Assembly: GCA_963422375.2 (NCBI GenBank)
Contig: OY729427.2
Location: 320,001-384,000 of the forward strand
Length of the DNA: 64,000 bases
Origin: Bryobacterales bacterium
GTDB taxonomy: Bacteria > Acidobacteriota > Terriglobia > Bryobacterales > UBA6623
Direction of reading: 5' to 3'
Of the stretch, positions 60,807 to 64,000 are shown piece after piece (position 1 is the stretch's first letter; each line of letters begins with the position of its first letter). Under the pieces are notes generated by a model. It had not been told where the DNA came from. It saw nothing but the letters and a program-made list of their open reading frames with translations, and did not search any database. Both the position numbers and the translations under genes were made by a program.

Positions 60807-62132
60807 CTATCCAGCTACATCAAGGCTCTTAAATCGGTCGCCGCTAGCAAGCGTGACAGCCGACGGCGGCTCGCGGGGAAGCTGCCAGAGCTCCGGCCTC
60901 AATCCAGCGTCCCGTGCGACAGACTGCAAGACTGGCAGGAAGCTCTCCTCAATCCAAGTCTCGAATTTCCTCCACGAGTCACGGCTGACCGGCTTGTATC
61001 CGTGGGCTAGGATCGAGGAATTCCGAATCTCCAGAATATCAATCATTCTAGCACGGTGATCAACATAGAAATCCTTCAGCGGACCTTCGAGATTCTCCGC
61101 GACGACATGCCAAGCACTGGACAGGCCGATCCGCGTCGTGCTGTCCTCGCCGACCGGCGTAGCCACTCCGAGCGGCAGCCTGTCGACAGGAAACGTTGCC
61201 GTATCAAGACCGAGCCTCGTCTTCAACTGCCATTGCGCAGTCCATTCGAGGAGTCGGTAGACCCTGGCGACTGCATCGTCGAAGCGGCCCTGGGCCGCCC
61301 GGCGCCGTGCGTTCAGCCAGAGATCAAAAAGCCTGGCGGGTTCGGACTTGTCTGAATCGCCACCGCTGAGAAGATTAAGGAGGGGCAGCAGATTCGGATA
61401 TGCTTCCATCACATATTTTCCGTATCCATTGAGCCTCCGCAGGGCTTCCTTGTGGTCAAATGCGTCCCACAACGCGAAGGCATGGCTTAGCGCACGAGCA
61501 AGCGAGAGCCGAACCAAGTCGGGTGAATCAGTGCCAATGCAAATCGCATCGAGCCCTTCCGCCGCTTCCCCGTAGGCGAATTGATTCCAAGCTTGCAGGC
61601 AGGACCTCATCGCGCGATTCAGCCGCAAACGCTCGACGCTCGTGCGCATTGCCTGTTCCGTGCCGTCGCGGACCCGGTCAAGGTCCAGCCTCGGACCGGT
61701 CACGAGTTGAAGCTCGATTTGATCGGAATCCAGACTGGCGCAGACGAGCGCGGCAGTCATGGTCTTTGTCCCTCCGGTGTAGTCGGCCACGAAGCGGGCA
61801 CCTGGGAATCGCACGCATAGGTCCGCAATGGCCGCCTGCATCGCGGAGAATGCGGCCTGCAAGTCGTCTGCCGCTACCACCCTAGCCTCGAACCGCTCGC
61901 GCACAAGTCCGGCTTGGACAGGAATGCTCGGAAGGCTCGGGCGCGGGTCATCGCGACCGGCCCGAATCACATTGCCGCTACCGGTGACCTGATCCTTCGA
62001 ACCGTGACGGCCCGACACTGGGTCCCGGCCAGTGCAAAAGAAACAAACGTGGTCGGGCGAGTTCACTCGGATTGCCTTGAGCACCGGCTGGTGGCTGCCG
62101 CCCACCGTGCAGAGCAGGACTGTCTCGGGCAT
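60807..62132 (-). CDS. CARF-HEPN CRISPR accessory protein (TIGR02710-like)
   Basis: N-terminal VLLCTVGGS, CARF motif ADYTGGTKTMTAAL, GRFDDAVARVYRLLE and HEPN-type RNSSILAH. Last gene of the cmr operon. Confidence 0.88.
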   Translation of the reverse strand: MPETVLLCTVGGSHQPVLKAIRVNSPDHVCFFCTGRDPVSGRHGSKDQVTGSGNVIRAGRDDPRPSLPSIPVQAGLVRERFEARVVAADDLQAAFSAMQAAIADLCVRFPGARFVADYTGGTKTMTAALVCASLDSDQIELQLVTGPRLDLDRVRDGTEQAMRTSVERLRLNRAMRSCLQAWNQFAYGEAAEGLDAICIGTDSPDLVRLSLARALSHAFALWDAFDHKEALRRLNGYGKYVMEAYPNLLPLLNLLSGGDSDKSEPARLFDLWLNARRRAAQGRFDDAVARVYRLLEWTAQWQLKTRLGLDTATFPVDRLPLGVATPVGEDSTTRIGLSSAWHVVAENLEGPLKDFYVDHRARMIDILEIRNSSILAHGYKPVSRDSWRKFETWIEESFLPVLQSVARDAGLRPELWQLPREPPSAVTLASGDRFKSLDVAG

Positions 62133-62265
62133 GTACTAGGTCGCCCCCTTTCAGCGTCGGCCGACCGGCATGCAGTATGCCGAGGCGTCCCGTCCCGGTG
62201 TCACCGAACGCCACCACTCCTGGTGACTCGCACGCGAGGCACTTTCCGGCCTCTCTATTCGTCCG

Positions 62266-63324
62266 TTAGGCTTTGCCATCCGCTTCGTACTCCCGATAGA
62301 TCCGCCTTGCCTGCCGTGCAGTTTTTGGCAGTCTCAGAGCCTCCCAAGCGCCGTCCGCCGTCCAGCGTCGGCGCAGGTCCTGGAATGCGGCATCCTTGAG
62401 CTGCGGATCGCCGATCCTACTCCAAGCGTCTGCCAGCACCTTGCTCTTGAGCGAGGATCCTTGGATGTGGTGCCGTGCTTCTACTTCCTTCATCGTGGCA
62501 TCCACCCAGTCGCAGCGACTGACAGCGCCGGAGCCAAGTGCCTTTTCGAATCGGCCATATCCGGCGCGAGTCTTCGCGCCGACGCCCCGTTGGACCAGCG
62601 CCTCAACCAGCATGCCCTCCGCGACATCAAGCCACTCTCTCGTCCCCTGCAGGACGAACCGGAACTCGCCCCGCAACGCGATCTGTGCGTTTGGCATGGG
62701 ACTGTCGAAGTCCGTCGCACGAACGTTCCCTTCCCCACCATAGTAGCAGACATGGTGAGGCGTCACGACTTCGCGGACAAACGGGCCACCGTCCGCAGAC
62801 GGCACCCACCAAGCATCGTGAATCGTGACCAAGCCGGCCAGCCCCCCCTGTGCAGCCTCGCTAGCGGGAGCACCGAAAACCTCGTCGCAGATCCCCCGGT
62901 CGGCAGCACTCAGAACTTTCCGGGCATACGCATTGACCGCTCCCTTCACGCTTGACCCTGGGATATAAGGCGCGCCCCGGCTGTGGCTTATCGCGCAGCC
63001 CGTCTCGAGGATCCCGTCGCCAGCCAGTCCAATGAAGAGTCGGCTCCTAAGCTTCAGCTGAATGGATCGAAACTGCTGGCCATCCGATGTGGCGTTCGTC
63101 CAGCGGGCGTACAGGCGACGATAGAACGCTCCGGGCCTTGTCTCGCAAACCAAGTTTAGGTGTCTAGCCTTGACTTGGTCTGAACTCCTACAATGCTCGG
63201 CGAGGCCTCGCTGCAATAGCAAGCCCGGATGGGGATCGTGGCAAACCGAGTGCTCGCACAGTTGCTCGTACAGTCTGCTTAGGGAAGACCGCATCAGTTT
63301 AGTTGTCATATCTCGCCTCGTCAT
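62266..63324 (-). CDS. cmr6: Type III-B RAMP protein Cmr6
   Basis: PYIPGSSVKG, HDAWWVP, VTPHH.YY, DFDSP.P and GVGAKTRAGYG. Confidence 0.93.
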   Translation of the reverse strand: MTRRDMTTKLMRSSLSRLYEQLCEHSVCHDPHPGLLLQRGLAEHCRSSDQVKARHLNLVCETRPGAFYRRLYARWTNATSDGQQFRSIQLKLRSRLFIGLAGDGILETGCAISHSRGAPYIPGSSVKGAVNAYARKVLSAADRGICDEVFGAPASEAAQGGLAGLVTIHDAWWVPSADGGPFVREVVTPHHVCYYGGEGNVRATDFDSPMPNAQIALRGEFRFVLQGTREWLDVAEGMLVEALVQRGVGAKTRAGYGRFEKALGSGAVSRCDWVDATMKEVEARHHIQGSSLKSKVLADAWSRIGDPQLKDAAFQDLRRRWTADGAWEALRLPKTARQARRIYREYEADGKA

Positions 63325-63719
63325 GCTGTTGATGACGCTGCATCATCTGCTGCGTCCAAGCGCAAGAGACCCTGCACATAGCGCTTTATCCATCCGCTCG
63401 CCTCCAATGATCTTCGAGTGAGGATCATTATGCCATCGAGGTCGGAATCGATCACCAGGTCGTGCAGCATCTCACCGCTGGTTGCTCTCTCGATCCCTGC
63501 AGCCACGAGGACCGTGCTCAAATCGTCAAGCACGGCTCGATGCTCGGCCTGACCCTTTGCAAGCAGGAAGCCCGTGGACTGTGCCAAGCCATTCTGGAGA
63601 ATCATGCTAGGCAGCTTGTGCGCCAAGGCTCCGTATTCCTTTTTCTGCCTGTCGGATCTGCGCCTGTCGACGCATTCGTAGGCAGCCTTAGCGATTCGGT
63701 GAGTGCGAGTTTCGATCAT
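63321..63719 (-). CDS. cmr5: Type III-B small subunit Cmr5
   Basis: KEYGALAHKLPSMILQNGLAQSTGFLLAKG and WIKRY; 132 aa; lies between cmr4 and cmr6. Confidence 0.93.
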   Translation of the reverse strand: MIETRTHRIAKAAYECVDRRRSDRQKKEYGALAHKLPSMILQNGLAQSTGFLLAKGQAEHRAVLDDLSTVLVAAGIERATSGEMLHDLVIDSDLDGIMILTRRSLEASGWIKRYVQGLLRLDAADDAASSTA

Positions 63720-64000
63720 TTCGGTTTCCCCTGAGCCGACTCAGAGAGGAATCGGACAAGACCGCTGCCGACGCCGGCCTTGCCTCCCAGCTGAAGGAGC
63801 GTGCCGCTTGACGGGACCGAGCCAGCGAGGTCGTCCGCCGCTCTCCAGTCCCCTTGGTTCCGTGACTCCGAGACTGCGTAGACGCCCCACATCACCGCAT
63901 CCGCCGGCAGGCTCTCCTCGTACCAGAGCGCTCCGTGCCGTACCGCTCCCGTCTTCTGGTCGATGGCGATCCGGGCCCGGATCTCGGTCGCTGTCTTGGC
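63716..64000 (-). CDS. cmr4: Type III-B RAMP protein Cmr4, C-terminal part (runs off the window)
   Basis: TEIRARIAIDQKTGAVRHGALWYEESLPADAV...LQLGGKAGVGSG. Its TGA overlaps the cmr5 ATG. Confidence 0.92.
   Translation of the reverse strand, partial: AKTATEIRARIAIDQKTGAVRHGALWYEESLPADAVMWGVYAVSESRNQGDWRAADDLAGSVPSSGTLLQLGGKAGVGSGLVRFLSESAQGKPK

Overview
High-GC bacterial chromosome segment. Gene content suggests an Acidobacteriota (Bryobacterales-like) organism, possibly host-associated; this is inference only. Left to right: (1) a decayed sugar-isomerase gene and tRNA-Val(GAC); (2) a dienelactone hydrolase, a frameshifted YHYH protein read through into a His-motif secreted protein, and a Sel1-repeat pseudogene with an exact 341-bp tandem duplication; (3) a carbohydrate/sulfate catabolic region with two sulfatases, an MFS transporter, Tat-exported Gfo/Idh/MocA oxidoreductases and TIM-barrel isomerases, a DUF1501/DUF1553 pair, MlrC and a UxuA-like gene; (4) an NRAMP-like transporter divergent from a strikingly STEAP-like membrane protein; (5) rnc, uvrA and a 7-heme cytochrome; (6) hopanoid genes (hpnI-like, ispH, shc, hpnH) separated by an insert carrying tautomerases and a dead, low-GC PaeR7I-type R-M system, followed by aguB/aguA and a DegP-like protease. 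The right end is a CRISPR-Cas locus. It has cas2, a cas4-cas1 fusion, an IS200 relic, and an array of 31 repeats and 30 spacers with a type I-G(I-U)-like repeat. A type III-B module converges on it from the other strand (cmr4 partial, cmr5, cmr6, CARF-HEPN TIGR02710-like). The most interesting leads are the hybrid I-G-adaptation/III-B-effector locus with hairpin-rich spacers and the STEAP-like/NRAMP-like divergon. All family calls come from motif recognition by eye; no searches were run.
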